DNA of 64,000 bases from a virus (IMGVR_UViG_3300045988_005640); one strand, 5' to 3'; shown: positions 6,424 through 14,163, numbered from the stretch's first letter. A program made the numbers and translations. Notes: generated by a model from the letters alone, not told the origin.

Positions 6424-6765
6424 ATGAAGAAAGGTTCAGTAGGTGAAATTGCTACACAATTAGCTTTCCTCAAAAGAGGTTATGAAGTGTATTCACCAGC
6501 TACAGATAATGCAAAGTATGACTTTCTAGTTCACAAAGATGGTTTGATTGAGACTGTTGAGGTAAAATCAACATCAGTCAAAAGAGGTGAACTTTGGAGA
6601 GTGCAACTGAAAAGAGTTCATTCTAACAAGAATGAAAATAGAATAATGAATTTTGATAACTCTCAAGTTGATTACTTAGCTGTTTACATTGAACCACTTG
6701 ATAAAGTCATCATCTACAAAGCTAAAGATATCAAGTCTAAGACTGAACTTAGCTTAAAGATTTAA
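6424..6765 (+). CDS. PD-(D/E)xK nuclease, Holliday-junction-resolvase (Hjc)-like
   Basis: Track ORF 6244..6765 trimmed to the ATG at 6424 (RBS AAGG at 6412), because the upstream part overlaps tRNA-Trp-like and tRNA-Ser. Motifs GSVGE..LKRGYEVY, D-FLV, and ETVEVKST match the Hjc-type D...E-x-K core. Confidence 0.5.
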   Translation: MKKGSVGEIATQLAFLKRGYEVYSPATDNAKYDFLVHKDGLIETVEVKSTSVKRGELWRVQLKRVHSNKNENRIMNFDNSQVDYLAVYIEPLDKVIIYKAKDIKSKTELSLKI

Positions 6766-6906
6766 TACACCGTCCATGCTTGCTCGCATTTTCGGTTTAT
6801 CCCTCGTGTATTGTCGTACACACTGATAAAGCACCTAGTAGGTGTCACGGAGAAGAGATAATATCAAGCTCTCCAAAGGTTCTAGTCACCGGATTAAACA
6901 AGACTA

Positions 6907-6930
6907 TGCAAAGACCTTTTTAGGTCTTTT
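6907..6930 (+). terminator. hairpin AAAGACC-TTTTTA-GGTCTTT followed by T-run
   Basis: 7-bp stem plus T-rich tail, downstream of the nuclease ORF. Confidence 0.4.
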
Positions 6931-7010
6931 TAGAGGGCTTCTAAGGTTATTACGGCTTGTTGTGGAACCTTGTTGCTTAGGTTCTTAGAAGTTCTCTAAA
7001 AAGATTTAAT

Positions 7011-7088
7011 GGGAGATTGACGGTAATTGGTAAACCTATCTCGCTTAGAACGAGATGTTTGAGGGTTCGAATCCCTTGTCTCCTACCA
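7011..7088 (+). tRNA. tRNA-Leu (anticodon TAG), short variable loop (class-I-like)
   Basis: Acceptor GGGAGAT/GTCTCCT, anticodon stem TCTCG/CGAGA (perfect) with loop CTTAGAA, 5-nt variable loop, T-arm GAGGG-TTCGAAT-CCCTT, discriminator A, CCA encoded. Confidence 0.6.
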
Positions 7089-7095
7089 AATTAAT

Positions 7096-7171
7096 GCAGG
7101 TGTAGCAAAATGGTTATGCGGCTGACTCTTAATCAGTAAGACGATGGGTTCAATTCCCTCCACCTGTACCA
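7096..7171 (+). tRNA. tRNA-Lys (anticodon CTT)
   Basis: Acceptor GCAGGTG/CACCTGT, anticodon stem GCTGA/TCAGT with loop CTCTTAA, T-loop TTCAATT, CCA encoded; same 3-pair T-stem as the TTT isoacceptor. Confidence 0.6.
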
Positions 7172-7176
7172 AAAAT

Positions 7177-7252
7177 GGGGTCATAGTTTATATGGTTAAA
7201 ATTCGAGTTTTGCAAACTTGGGAACTGAGTTCAATTCTCAGTGACTCCACCA
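7177..7252 (+). tRNA. tRNA-Ala (anticodon TGC)
   Basis: Acceptor GGGGTCA/TGACTCC, D-stem GTTT/AAAT, anticodon stem CGAGT/ACTTG with loop TTTGCAA, T-arm CTGAG-TTCAATT-CTCAG, CCA encoded. Confidence 0.7.
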
Positions 7253-7258
7253 ATTAGT

Positions 7259-7333
7259 GCATCCATAGTTTAAACGGGAAAATTACAGTCTTCCAAACTG
7301 AGGTTGAGGGTTCGATTCCCTCTGGATGCTCCA
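7259..7333 (+). tRNA. tRNA-Gly (anticodon TCC)
   Basis: Acceptor GCATCCA/TGGATGC (perfect), anticodon loop CTTCCAA, T-arm GAGGG-TTCGATT-CCCTC, CCA encoded. Confidence 0.75.
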
Positions 7334-7340
7334 AATTAAT

Positions 7341-7416
7341 GCTCCTATCGTATAATTGGCTATTACGGTTGCCTTGTAAGCAACTTATCAGGGTTCGAAT
7401 CCTTGTGGGAGCACCA
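7341..7416 (+). tRNA. tRNA-Thr (anticodon TGT)
   Basis: Acceptor GCTCCTA/TGGGAGC, anticodon stem GTTGC/GCAAC (perfect) with loop CTTGTAA, T-loop TTCGAAT, CCA encoded. Confidence 0.7.
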
Positions 7417-7417
7417 A

Positions 7418-7511
7418 TTCAGAGGTCAAGTGAAAGACCGCTGGTGTCAACTGAAGACCGTAACAAATTCCACGGAGTTGAGTTAGCGGCACAACTTCAG
7501 ACCTCTTTCAC
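7418..7511 (+). other. stem-enclosed non-coding element containing an A-box-like motif (CTGAAGACCGTAAC)
   Basis: 7-bp stem AGAGGTC (7421-7427) with GACCTCT (7500-7506); internal pairs CTGAAG/CTTCAG; no T-loop, no ORF. Confidence 0.35.
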
Positions 7512-7586
7512 ACTCGCTTAGTTTATATGGTAAAACATCACCCTTACAAGATGAAGAAAAAGGTTCAAGTCCTTTAGTGAGTACCA
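7512..7586 (+). tRNA. tRNA-Val (anticodon TAC)
   Basis: Acceptor ACTCGCT/AGTGAGT, D-stem GTTT/AAAC, anticodon loop CTTACAA, T-arm AAAGG-TTCAAGT-CCTTT, CCA encoded. Confidence 0.65.
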
Positions 7587-7587
7587 T

Positions 7588-7665
7588 GTTCCAGTATCCC
7601 AATTGGCAGAGGATGCAAGCTCAAACCTTGTATTAGTGACGGTTCGAATCCGTCTTGGAACACCA
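7588..7665 (+). tRNA. tRNA-Leu (anticodon CAA), short variable loop (class-I-like)
   Basis: Acceptor GTTCCAG/TTGGAAC, anticodon stem GCAAG/CTTGT with loop CTCAAAC, 6-nt variable loop, T-arm GACGG-TTCGAAT-CCGTC, discriminator A, CCA encoded. Confidence 0.6.
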
Positions 7666-7681
7666 ATTTTAGGAGAACACT

Positions 7682-7789
7682 ATGAGCAATAAGTCAATTG
7701 CAAAAAAGTTTAGAGCGTCATACCTAAACAGACGTAAAAACAAAGTTTGTGAAAAACTGTATGGTGTTCTCGTAGGTAAGCAGGATTAG
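7682..7789 (+). CDS. hypothetical small basic protein (35 aa); may be spurious
   Basis: ATG at 7682 preceded by AGGAG (7671-7675); the last 10 nt overlap the 5' end of tRNA-Arg(ACG). Confidence 0.25.
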   Translation: MSNKSIAKKFRASYLNRRKNKVCEKLYGVLVGKQD

Positions 7790-7855
7790 TTCAAATGGAT
7801 AGAGCAACAGTCTACGAAGCTGTTAATAGGGGTTCGAATCCCTTATCCTGCACCA
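7780..7855 (+). tRNA. tRNA-Arg (anticodon ACG)
   Basis: Acceptor GCAGGAT/ATCCTGC (perfect), D-stem GTTC/GAGC, anticodon stem ACAGT/GCTGT with loop CTACGAA, T-loop TTCGAAT, CCA encoded. Confidence 0.75.
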
Positions 7856-7874
7856 ATTTAAAGAGGCTATTTAG

Positions 7875-8432
7875 ATGAGATATTTGAAGTATGCTTCATG
7901 GATTTTCTTAGCTTTGTTAGAGCCATTTGCAGCAATCTTAGCAGTTATCTTAGCACCTTTTGTAGTTCCATTCTACAGTGAGAAGAAAGGACACTTACCT
8001 TTCGGGTTCAGATGGATGGAGACATATGACAACCCAATTGATGGTGATGAAGGTCACGTTAAAAGATGGGCTAATATCAGATGGATTGGTAAACTAGGTG
8101 TCTACATGCAAAGAGTCGGATGGCTCTGGAGAAACAAAGCTTATAACTTCTCTTACCATGTATTAGGAAGAGATGTAAAAGATGTTACTAAGTGGAAAGG
8201 TAATATCAACGTAAGTTCTGACCCTGAAGATAATCAGACAGGTTATCTACTAATGTGGAACAGTAATGCTTGGGGATTATTCGCTTTTATCCCATCAATT
8301 AAAATCTTTGGTAAACAATTTTACTGGAGAATTTATATTGGATGGAAACTAAAAAGTGTTGTCCCAGAAGAAAGAGCATTCTCAAGGGAAAGAGTTATGT
8401 TGGCATTCTTTATTCATCCACTGAGAAAGTAA
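7875..8432 (+). CDS. hypothetical membrane protein
   Basis: 185-aa ORF with hydrophobic N-terminus (WIFLALLEPFAAILAVILAPFVVPF); sits inside the tRNA array. Confidence 0.55.
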   Translation: MRYLKYASWIFLALLEPFAAILAVILAPFVVPFYSEKKGHLPFGFRWMETYDNPIDGDEGHVKRWANIRWIGKLGVYMQRVGWLWRNKAYNFSYHVLGRDVKDVTKWKGNINVSSDPEDNQTGYLLMWNSNAWGLFAFIPSIKIFGKQFYWRIYIGWKLKSVVPEERAFSRERVMLAFFIHPLRK

Positions 8433-8440
8433 AGATTTAA

Positions 8441-8515
8441 AGGGGATTAGTTTACAAGGTTAAAACCTCGGTCTTTGAAATCGAAGAAGTTGGTTCAATT
8501 CCAACATCCCCGCCA
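8441..8515 (+). tRNA. tRNA-Gln (anticodon TTG)
   Basis: D-stem GTTT/AAAC, anticodon stem TCGGT/ATCGA with loop CTTTGAA, T-arm GTTGG-TTCAATT-CCAAC; acceptor AGGGGAT/ATCCCCG has an A1.G72 mismatch and the 3' end reads CCA without a clear discriminator. Confidence 0.55.
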
Positions 8516-8517
8516 AT

Positions 8518-8596
8518 GCTCCATTACTCCAATTGGCAGAGAGGCCAGACTTAAAATCTGTGTTATGTATCGGTTCGAATCCGATATGGAGTACCA
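8518..8596 (+). tRNA. tRNA-Leu (anticodon TAA), short variable loop (7 nt)
   Basis: Acceptor GCTCCAT/ATGGAGT, anticodon loop CTTAAAA, T-arm ATCGG-TTCGAAT-CCGAT, discriminator A, CCA encoded. Confidence 0.55.
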
Positions 8597-8601
8597 AATT
8601 T

Positions 8602-8677
8602 AGCGGCATAGCATAACTGGCAATGCAGCAGTCTCTGAAGCTGTCTTATTAAGGTTCAAATCCTTATGCCGCTGCCA
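8602..8677 (+). tRNA. tRNA-Gln (anticodon CTG)
   Basis: Acceptor AGCGGCA/TGCCGCT (perfect), D-stem GCAT/ATGC, anticodon stem GCAGT/GCTGT with loop CTCTGAA, T-arm TAAGG-TTCAAAT-CCTTA, CCA encoded. Confidence 0.7.
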
Positions 8678-8680
8678 CTT

Positions 8681-8706
8681 CTAAGGATTCTTACGAGAGT
8701 CCTTAA
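8681..8706 (+). other. conserved hairpin, copy 2 (stem TAAGGA/TCCTTA, loop TTCTTACGAGAG)
   Basis: Same loop motif as 5124-5136; begins 4 nt after the CCA of tRNA-Gln(CTG). Confidence 0.5.
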
Positions 8707-8708
8707 AT

Positions 8709-8784
8709 GTGGCCTTATCATAAACGGTAATGACCCATGCTGTGAACATGGTCTATACGGGTTCAAATCCCGTAGGTCACCCCA
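8709..8784 (+). tRNA. tRNA-His (anticodon GTG)
   Basis: Acceptor GTGGCCT/AGGTCAC, D-stem TCAT/ATGA, anticodon stem CCATG/CATGG (perfect) with loop CTGTGAA, T-arm ACGGG-TTCAAAT-CCCGT, CCA encoded. Confidence 0.75.
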
Positions 8785-8789
8785 ATTTA

Positions 8790-8866
8790 TAGTCCAAGTA
8801 GCTTATATGGTTAAAGCGCGTGTCTGAAAAACATGAGAAGAGGGTTCAAATCCCACTGGACTACCA
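8790..8866 (+). tRNA. tRNA-Phe (anticodon GAA), acceptor register uncertain
   Basis: D-stem GCTT/AAGC, anticodon stem CGTGT/ACATG with loop CTGAAAA, T-loop TTCAAAT; the acceptor pairs as TAGTCCA/TGGACTA but the 8-9 spacing is off by one. Confidence 0.5.
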
Positions 8867-9178
8867 ATTTCAAAGGTGCTTAATGAAAGAGATGACAGAA
8901 CAAGGTAAGGAGATTTTCAATCTCTTAAAAACCGGTAAAGGGTTTTCTAACCCCTTATTACTGGTGCAGCAGTTCTCGGTGGAACCGTAGCTGCCTCTAC
9001 ATCACTTGTAAGCTCTATTAGCTCTGTATCAGACCCTACAGTAAAGGATAAGCTTGTTGCTGCTGGACTTACAACAGTTCTGCTTAACAGCTTTACCACG
9101 AGTCTGACAAGCACTACATCAACTACCAAAACACTAACAGATTACGGTCAAAAATCCATTGATGAGTTTTCATCACGT

Positions 9179-9616
9179 ATGCAGGTAGCAAAAGGTTATT
9201 CTAATGTTATGGGTGCAGCAGGTGAACAAGTTGGCTGTACACCATTTAGTGGTATTATGGGTGTTGCTACAGAGTATGGTCAAAAAGCTATTGATACGAT
9301 TAACAGTGCACTAGATAGTGTTAATGGTGTGTTAAGTGACTTACAAGATGCTATTGACAAAGGTCTTGATACTATTTCTGATTTAGCTGAGCAAGCTGTT
9401 AGTAAGATTAATGAAGGTATTTCAAAAATTACAGCTTATGCAGATGAAGTTGTGCAGATGATTGAAGAAGAAGCTGCTCTTATTGCAGAGTACCTTAAAA
9501 CGAATATCAATGGGTTCTTAGCAGGTATCTTACCAGACTGGTTTGATGATGCTTGTAAAACTGGTGTAATTGACACTATTGCAACACCAGAAATGAAGAA
9601 CGCATTACAGAAATAA
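9179..9616 (+). CDS. hypothetical protein (possibly N-terminally extended)
   Basis: 145-aa ORF from the first ATG; the same frame is open from 8951 without a canonical start, and a 35-aa ORF with a good RBS (ATG 8883) lies upstream in another frame. Confidence 0.45.
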   Translation: MQVAKGYSNVMGAAGEQVGCTPFSGIMGVATEYGQKAIDTINSALDSVNGVLSDLQDAIDKGLDTISDLAEQAVSKINEGISKITAYADEVVQMIEEEAALIAEYLKTNINGFLAGILPDWFDDACKTGVIDTIATPEMKNALQK

Positions 9617-9618
9617 AT

Positions 9619-9711
9619 GGAAGATTAACCCTAAAAGGTAAGGGAGCAGTTTGCTAAACTGCCAGTAGCTGAGAAATCGGTGTACCAGTTCAAGTCTGGT
9701 ATCTTCCTCCA
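9619..9711 (+). tRNA. tRNA-Ser (anticodon GCT), class II
   Basis: Acceptor GGAAGAT/ATCTTCC (perfect), D-stem CCC/GGG, anticodon stem GCAGT/ACTGC with loop TTGCTAA, 21-nt variable arm, T-arm ACCAG-TTCAAGT-CTGGT, CCA encoded. Confidence 0.7.
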
Positions 9712-9715
9712 ATTT

Positions 9716-9791
9716 GAATCCGTGACAGAAATGGCTATGTGCCTGTCTGCAAAACAGGTTTATAAGGGTTCGAGTCCCTTCGGATTCTCCA
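9716..9791 (+). tRNA. tRNA-Cys (anticodon GCA)
   Basis: Acceptor GAATCCG/CGGATTC (perfect), anticodon stem CCTGT/ACAGG with loop CTGCAAA, T-arm AAGGG-TTCGAGT-CCCTT, CCA encoded. Confidence 0.75.
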
Positions 9792-10013
9792 ATTTATTTT
9801 ACTCTCTCTCAATTAAAATAATAATAATGCCCTGCTATAAGTATTCTTCCTTTCGCTACCGAAGAGTATTTTTAGACAGGGCTTTTTTACAGAGTTATAC
9901 TTTATAAGAAGCCTTATACAGTATGTCTCTGACGTACATTGTGGTTTCTCCTTGACGGTCTCTGTACCGTCTTTTTTAAGGGGAAACATGATTAACTATT
10001 TGGAGAAAACATA

Positions 10014-10214
10014 ATGAGCGAGACCGTTTATAAAGAACTTTATGAAGCTAATAAGAAGCTAGAATTTATGCAGAATACTATCATGGCAATTGCAGACAGA
10101 TTGTCTGTAGCAACAGGTATTGATATTAAAGAAGCATCTATGGATGCACTTCTTGATGCTGTTGATGCAAAGTTCGAAGTTAAGAAAGAAGAGACTGCTA
10201 CAGACTCTGAATAA
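10014..10214 (+). CDS. hypothetical small protein (a small terminase subunit is possible but unsupported)
   Basis: 66-aa ORF immediately upstream of the large terminase gene; RBS-like GGAGAAA upstream. Confidence 0.4.
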   Translation: MSETVYKELYEANKKLEFMQNTIMAIADRLSVATGIDIKEASMDALLDAVDAKFEVKKEETATDSE

Positions 10215-10220
10215 TTCTAT

Positions 10221-11837
10221 TTGCGGAGGCGCTTAATGGACTTAAATGCTGTTAAGCAGAAGCGAGTGGAAGATGTTAGGAAAGTCCTAGCTGGAGAGTT
10301 GGGGCTTTCTGATGAAGTAAAAGAAATTATCAAATCATTCGGTAAAGACCCCTCTAAATTCCTTCCAACTCAAATTCTGACTTTATTAAGATACACACCA
10401 GACCAAGTTAGACTTATCTTCAAATTGATGACTGATAAGAACTATGTAGCCCCTCAGCCGGGTTCTCAAGAGGTCTTTTTAAATACTAATGCTGACTTGG
10501 TTCTTTATGGTGGTGCTGCTGGTGCTGGTAAAACTGCTGCATTGTTAATGGACTCTCTAAGATTTATTGAAGACCCTAACTATAATGCTGTATATTTCCG
10601 TCGAAATACAACACAGCTACAAGGTGGTTTATGGCCTGCTGCAAAGAAACTATTTGGTAAGTTTGGTGGGATTCCTCACGAGCAGAAAATGACTATCACA
10701 TTCCCTTCTGGGGCAACTATCAAGTTTACCTACCTAGAACTTGAAAAGCACGCTGAAGGTCATCAGGGTATTGAATACTCAGCTATTTACTTTGACGAAG
10801 GTACACACTTCTCTGCTTCACAGATTTCATACCTACAAACCCGTCTACGTTCTGGTGCTGAAGGCGATTCATACATGAAGATTTCCATGAACCCAGACAG
10901 AGACCACTTTATTTACGATTGGGTAGAGCCATTCTTAGATGAAGAAGGCTATCCAGACCCTGAAAAGTGTGGTCGTATTCGATGGTATGTAATGAATGAT
11001 GGTGTGATGGTTTCTGATTGGGAAAGGGATAAGATTCTTGAAATGTTCCCTCTTGAGATTCCTCAAACATACACATTCATCTCTGGTACGATTGATGATA
11101 ACCCAATCCTTGACTTCTTAGAACCTAAGTACCGTGGTAAGTTGGAAAACAACACCCCTGTAAACGTTGCAAGACTTCGTTTCGGTAACTGGAAGGCTCG
11201 TGCAGAAGGTTCAAACTATTGGCAAAGACAGTGGTGTGAGATTGTTGATTCACTCCCAGAAGATGTATTTGATGTTAGAGCATGGGACTTAGCAGCAACT
11301 TTACCATCTGAGATTAACCCTAATCCAGACTGGACAGCAGGTGTTAAGATGGGTAAATCTAAAAAAGACGGTTGCTATTATATCATTGATGTAGTAAGAT
11401 TTAGAGATAGACCCTCTGGAGTCGAAACACAAATTAATTTGACTGCTGAAAGTGACGGTAAGCGAACTGGTATTTTTATCCCTCAAGACCCAGGCGCTGC
11501 TGGTAAATCCTACGCAACATCCCTCATCAGGAAACTTGCCGAGAAAGGTTATCGTGCAAGAGCCAAACCAACAAATAAAGATAAAGTTACCCGATTTGCG
11601 GGGTTTTCTGCTGCTTCTGAAGCTGGACTTGTGAAAGTCTTGAGAGGTAGTTGGAACGAAGCTTACTTTCAAGAGCTTGAAGGCTTTTGTGGTGATGGCA
11701 AAACTAAAGATGACCAAGTGGATGCTACCAGTGATGCTTTCAACAGTCTTAACGAAGTTAAATTATTCAAGCCACCATCAATGGGTGCTCACACAGATTT
11801 AGTGAGAGGAAACCCATATGAGGGGCTTAGACGTTGA
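10221..11837 (+). CDS. terL: terminase large subunit
   Basis: Walker A (GGAAGAGKTAAL) and Walker B (IYFDEGTHF) in the N-terminal ATPase domain; acidic nuclease-like C-terminus. Probable true start is the ATG at 10236 (GGAGG at 10226-10230). Confidence 0.85.
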   Translation: MRRRLMDLNAVKQKRVEDVRKVLAGELGLSDEVKEIIKSFGKDPSKFLPTQILTLLRYTPDQVRLIFKLMTDKNYVAPQPGSQEVFLNTNADLVLYGGAAGAGKTAALLMDSLRFIEDPNYNAVYFRRNTTQLQGGLWPAAKKLFGKFGGIPHEQKMTITFPSGATIKFTYLELEKHAEGHQGIEYSAIYFDEGTHFSASQISYLQTRLRSGAEGDSYMKISMNPDRDHFIYDWVEPFLDEEGYPDPEKCGRIRWYVMNDGVMVSDWERDKILEMFPLEIPQTYTFISGTIDDNPILDFLEPKYRGKLENNTPVNVARLRFGNWKARAEGSNYWQRQWCEIVDSLPEDVFDVRAWDLAATLPSEINPNPDWTAGVKMGKSKKDGCYYIIDVVRFRDRPSGVETQINLTAESDGKRTGIFIPQDPGAAGKSYATSLIRKLAEKGYRARAKPTNKDKVTRFAGFSAASEAGLVKVLRGSWNEAYFQELEGFCGDGKTKDDQVDATSDAFNSLNEVKLFKPPSMGAHTDLVRGNPYEGLRR

Positions 11838-11844
11838 TAGCTAG

Positions 11845-13320
11845 GTGAGAAGAATGGCAGATATTACAGAAACACAAGAAAGCTTACCACCATTTAGAAT
11901 GGGTGAAGTAGGTTCTTTGGGTCTGAAGGTTAAGAATGGAAGAATCTATGAAGAACCTCGTCAGGCACTAAGGTTCCCTGAAAGTATTAAAACTTTCCAA
12001 TTAATGATGCGTGACCCTGCTGTAGCAGCATCTGTAAATATTATTAAGATGTTTGTCAGAAAAGTCAACTGGAGATTCGTACCTCCAAAGGGAAAAGAGC
12101 AAGACCCTAAAATGCTTGAAAGAGCAGACTTCTTTAATTCTTTAATGGATGACATGGAGCATGATTGGGCAGATTTTATTAATTCTGTAATGTCATTCTG
12201 CACTTATGGGTTCTGTGTTAACGAGAAAGTTTATAAGAAGCGTCAGGGTAAAAAAGGAAAGTACCAGTCTAAATTTGATGATGGGCTAATTGGATGGGCT
12301 AAATTACCAATCAGAAACCAATCAACACTTGATAAGTGGTATTTTGACGAAGACTTTAGAAAAGTTACAGGTGTTAGGCAGAATCTGAGAAATGTTTCAC
12401 ATATTGCTGGAGCAATTAATCTCGGAGAAAGACCACTAACAAGAAAACTTCCACGAGCTAAATTCATGCTGTTCAAGTATGACGATGAATATGGAAATCC
12501 AGAAGGTCGTTCACCATTACTTAATGCTTATGTACCGTGGAAGTATAAAGTTCAGATTGAAGAGTATGAAGCTGTTGGTGTTTCAAGAGACTTGGTAGGT
12601 ATGCCAAAGATTGGTTTGCCACCAGATTATCTTGATGAAAATGCAGAACCTGAAAAGAAAGCTTTCGTACAATACTGCAAGACTGTTGTTAATGATATGA
12701 TTGCTAACGACAGAGCAGGTTTAATCTGGCCTAGATATATTGACCCAGACACTAAAGAGGATATTTTTGAGTTCTCATTAGTTTCTAGACAGGGTGCTAA
12801 AGCATACGATACAGGTTCTATTATTGACAGATATTCCAAGCAGATTATGATGGCATTTATGTCAGATGTTCTTGCTATGGGTCAGTCAAAATACGGTTCA
12901 TTCTCTCTTGCAGATTCTAAGACAAGCTTACTAGCAATGTCAGTAGATATTCTGCTTAAGCAGATTAAGAACGTAATTAACCGTGATTTAGTTGCACAGA
13001 CTTATGCTCTTAATATGTGGGATGATGAAGAACACGTACAAATTACATATGATGATATCGAAACTCCAGACCTTGAAGCAATTGGTTCTTATATTCAGAA
13101 AACTGTTGCAGTAGGTGCTTTGGAAGTTGACAAAGAACTATCTAACAAACTTAGAGAGCATATTGGTCTTCCTCCTGCTGATGAATCTCAGCCAGTATCT
13201 GAAAAGCTTTCTCCAAATAGTCAAAGCCGCTCAGGAGATGGTTATAAGACCGCTGGAGAAGGTACTGCAAAGACACCTTCAGCGAAAGACCCAAGCACAG
13301 CAAATAAGGCAAATAAATAA
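11845..13320 (+). CDS. portal protein (putative)
   Basis: 491 aa, immediately downstream of terL; size and position typical of a portal; no motif verified. Confidence 0.6.
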   Translation: MRRMADITETQESLPPFRMGEVGSLGLKVKNGRIYEEPRQALRFPESIKTFQLMMRDPAVAASVNIIKMFVRKVNWRFVPPKGKEQDPKMLERADFFNSLMDDMEHDWADFINSVMSFCTYGFCVNEKVYKKRQGKKGKYQSKFDDGLIGWAKLPIRNQSTLDKWYFDEDFRKVTGVRQNLRNVSHIAGAINLGERPLTRKLPRAKFMLFKYDDEYGNPEGRSPLLNAYVPWKYKVQIEEYEAVGVSRDLVGMPKIGLPPDYLDENAEPEKKAFVQYCKTVVNDMIANDRAGLIWPRYIDPDTKEDIFEFSLVSRQGAKAYDTGSIIDRYSKQIMMAFMSDVLAMGQSKYGSFSLADSKTSLLAMSVDILLKQIKNVINRDLVAQTYALNMWDDEEHVQITYDDIETPDLEAIGSYIQKTVAVGALEVDKELSNKLREHIGLPPADESQPVSEKLSPNSQSRSGDGYKTAGEGTAKTPSAKDPSTANKANK

Positions 13321-13820
13321 TGGCTGAAGTTATCTCTATTTCAAATGCTACACGAGTGCATTCGTATAGAGGTGTTCTTATTATCACTGACAAATTATCT
13401 GTAGAGGCTGGCTCAAGGGTCAGCCTTTCAGGTTATGTAAGTGATGGTGGAACCTCTGACGTTTTCACTATTTGTAGGTTACTTGATGCTCCAATGAGTG
13501 GAAAACCGTTTATTTCAGGAAATTGTAGTGAAATTGTTAAAATTCCATTTGACAGTTCATGCCTTTTGGGTGTAAAGTTATATAACTGCGAGAATAAACG
13601 TATCAATGTTAATAGCATTGAAGCCGCTTTCATTACCCTCGACACTGCATTTCAATCTCCAATGACAGTTAATAAAGAAACAAACAGACTTGAATACATT
13701 TTTTCACAAAATGATTACAAAGTACTTGTCAAAGGTAAAGTATATTATATGATTGTAAATGTGGTAGATGAATCTGGTAACCATTCAACAGTCCTTAAAC
13801 AAAAAGTAAGGTTTAATTAA
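13320..13820 (+). CDS. hypothetical head-module protein
   Basis: 166-aa ORF whose ATG overlaps the portal stop; between portal and protease. Confidence 0.5.
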   Translation: MAEVISISNATRVHSYRGVLIITDKLSVEAGSRVSLSGYVSDGGTSDVFTICRLLDAPMSGKPFISGNCSEIVKIPFDSSCLLGVKLYNCENKRINVNSIEAAFITLDTAFQSPMTVNKETNRLEYIFSQNDYKVLVKGKVYYMIVNVVDESGNHSTVLKQKVRFN

Positions 13821-14152
13821 TGGGAACATTAACTATTGATGGTAAGAACAAAATCCTCGCCACGCTAACCCCAACGACTATTATTTTACACAATGTAGAC
13901 CCAACGGCAGACCCTACAGCAAATAAGGTTACTCAGCCAGTGGCTATTTATTTTTCTGAACCGGATAATGGCTTAATTGCCTCAGAAGACACAGTTAACA
14001 TTACTGTCCCAGCTTCTGCAACGGTCTCACACTATAGCTTGTGGGATGCTAACGATAAATGCGTGGCAACTGGTGCTCTTAGCAAACCTCAATTCTTTGC
14101 TGAAGAAGGTATCTATGTTATCTCTTCAGTCTCTGTAGATTTAAACAAATAG
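13820..14152 (+). CDS. hypothetical head-module protein
   Basis: 110-aa ORF, translationally coupled to the preceding gene. Confidence 0.5.
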   Translation: MGTLTIDGKNKILATLTPTTIILHNVDPTADPTANKVTQPVAIYFSEPDNGLIASEDTVNITVPASATVSHYSLWDANDKCVATGALSKPQFFAEEGIYVISSVSVDLNK

Positions 14153-14163
14153 GGTGAGTAAAA

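Noticed and set aside
4498-7521. Track ORFs overlapping the tRNA array (4498-4749, 5207-5464, 6126-6413, 6279-6473, 7339-7521, and the 5' part of 6244-6765)
   Set aside because: They run across hand-folded tRNA genes; the only credible coding part is 6424-6765, which was kept.
9829-9890. Terminator hairpin GCCCTG...CAGGGC followed by TTTTTT after tRNA-Cys
   Set aside because: The stem encloses a 40-nt loop with imperfect internal pairing; plausible but too irregular to call confidently.
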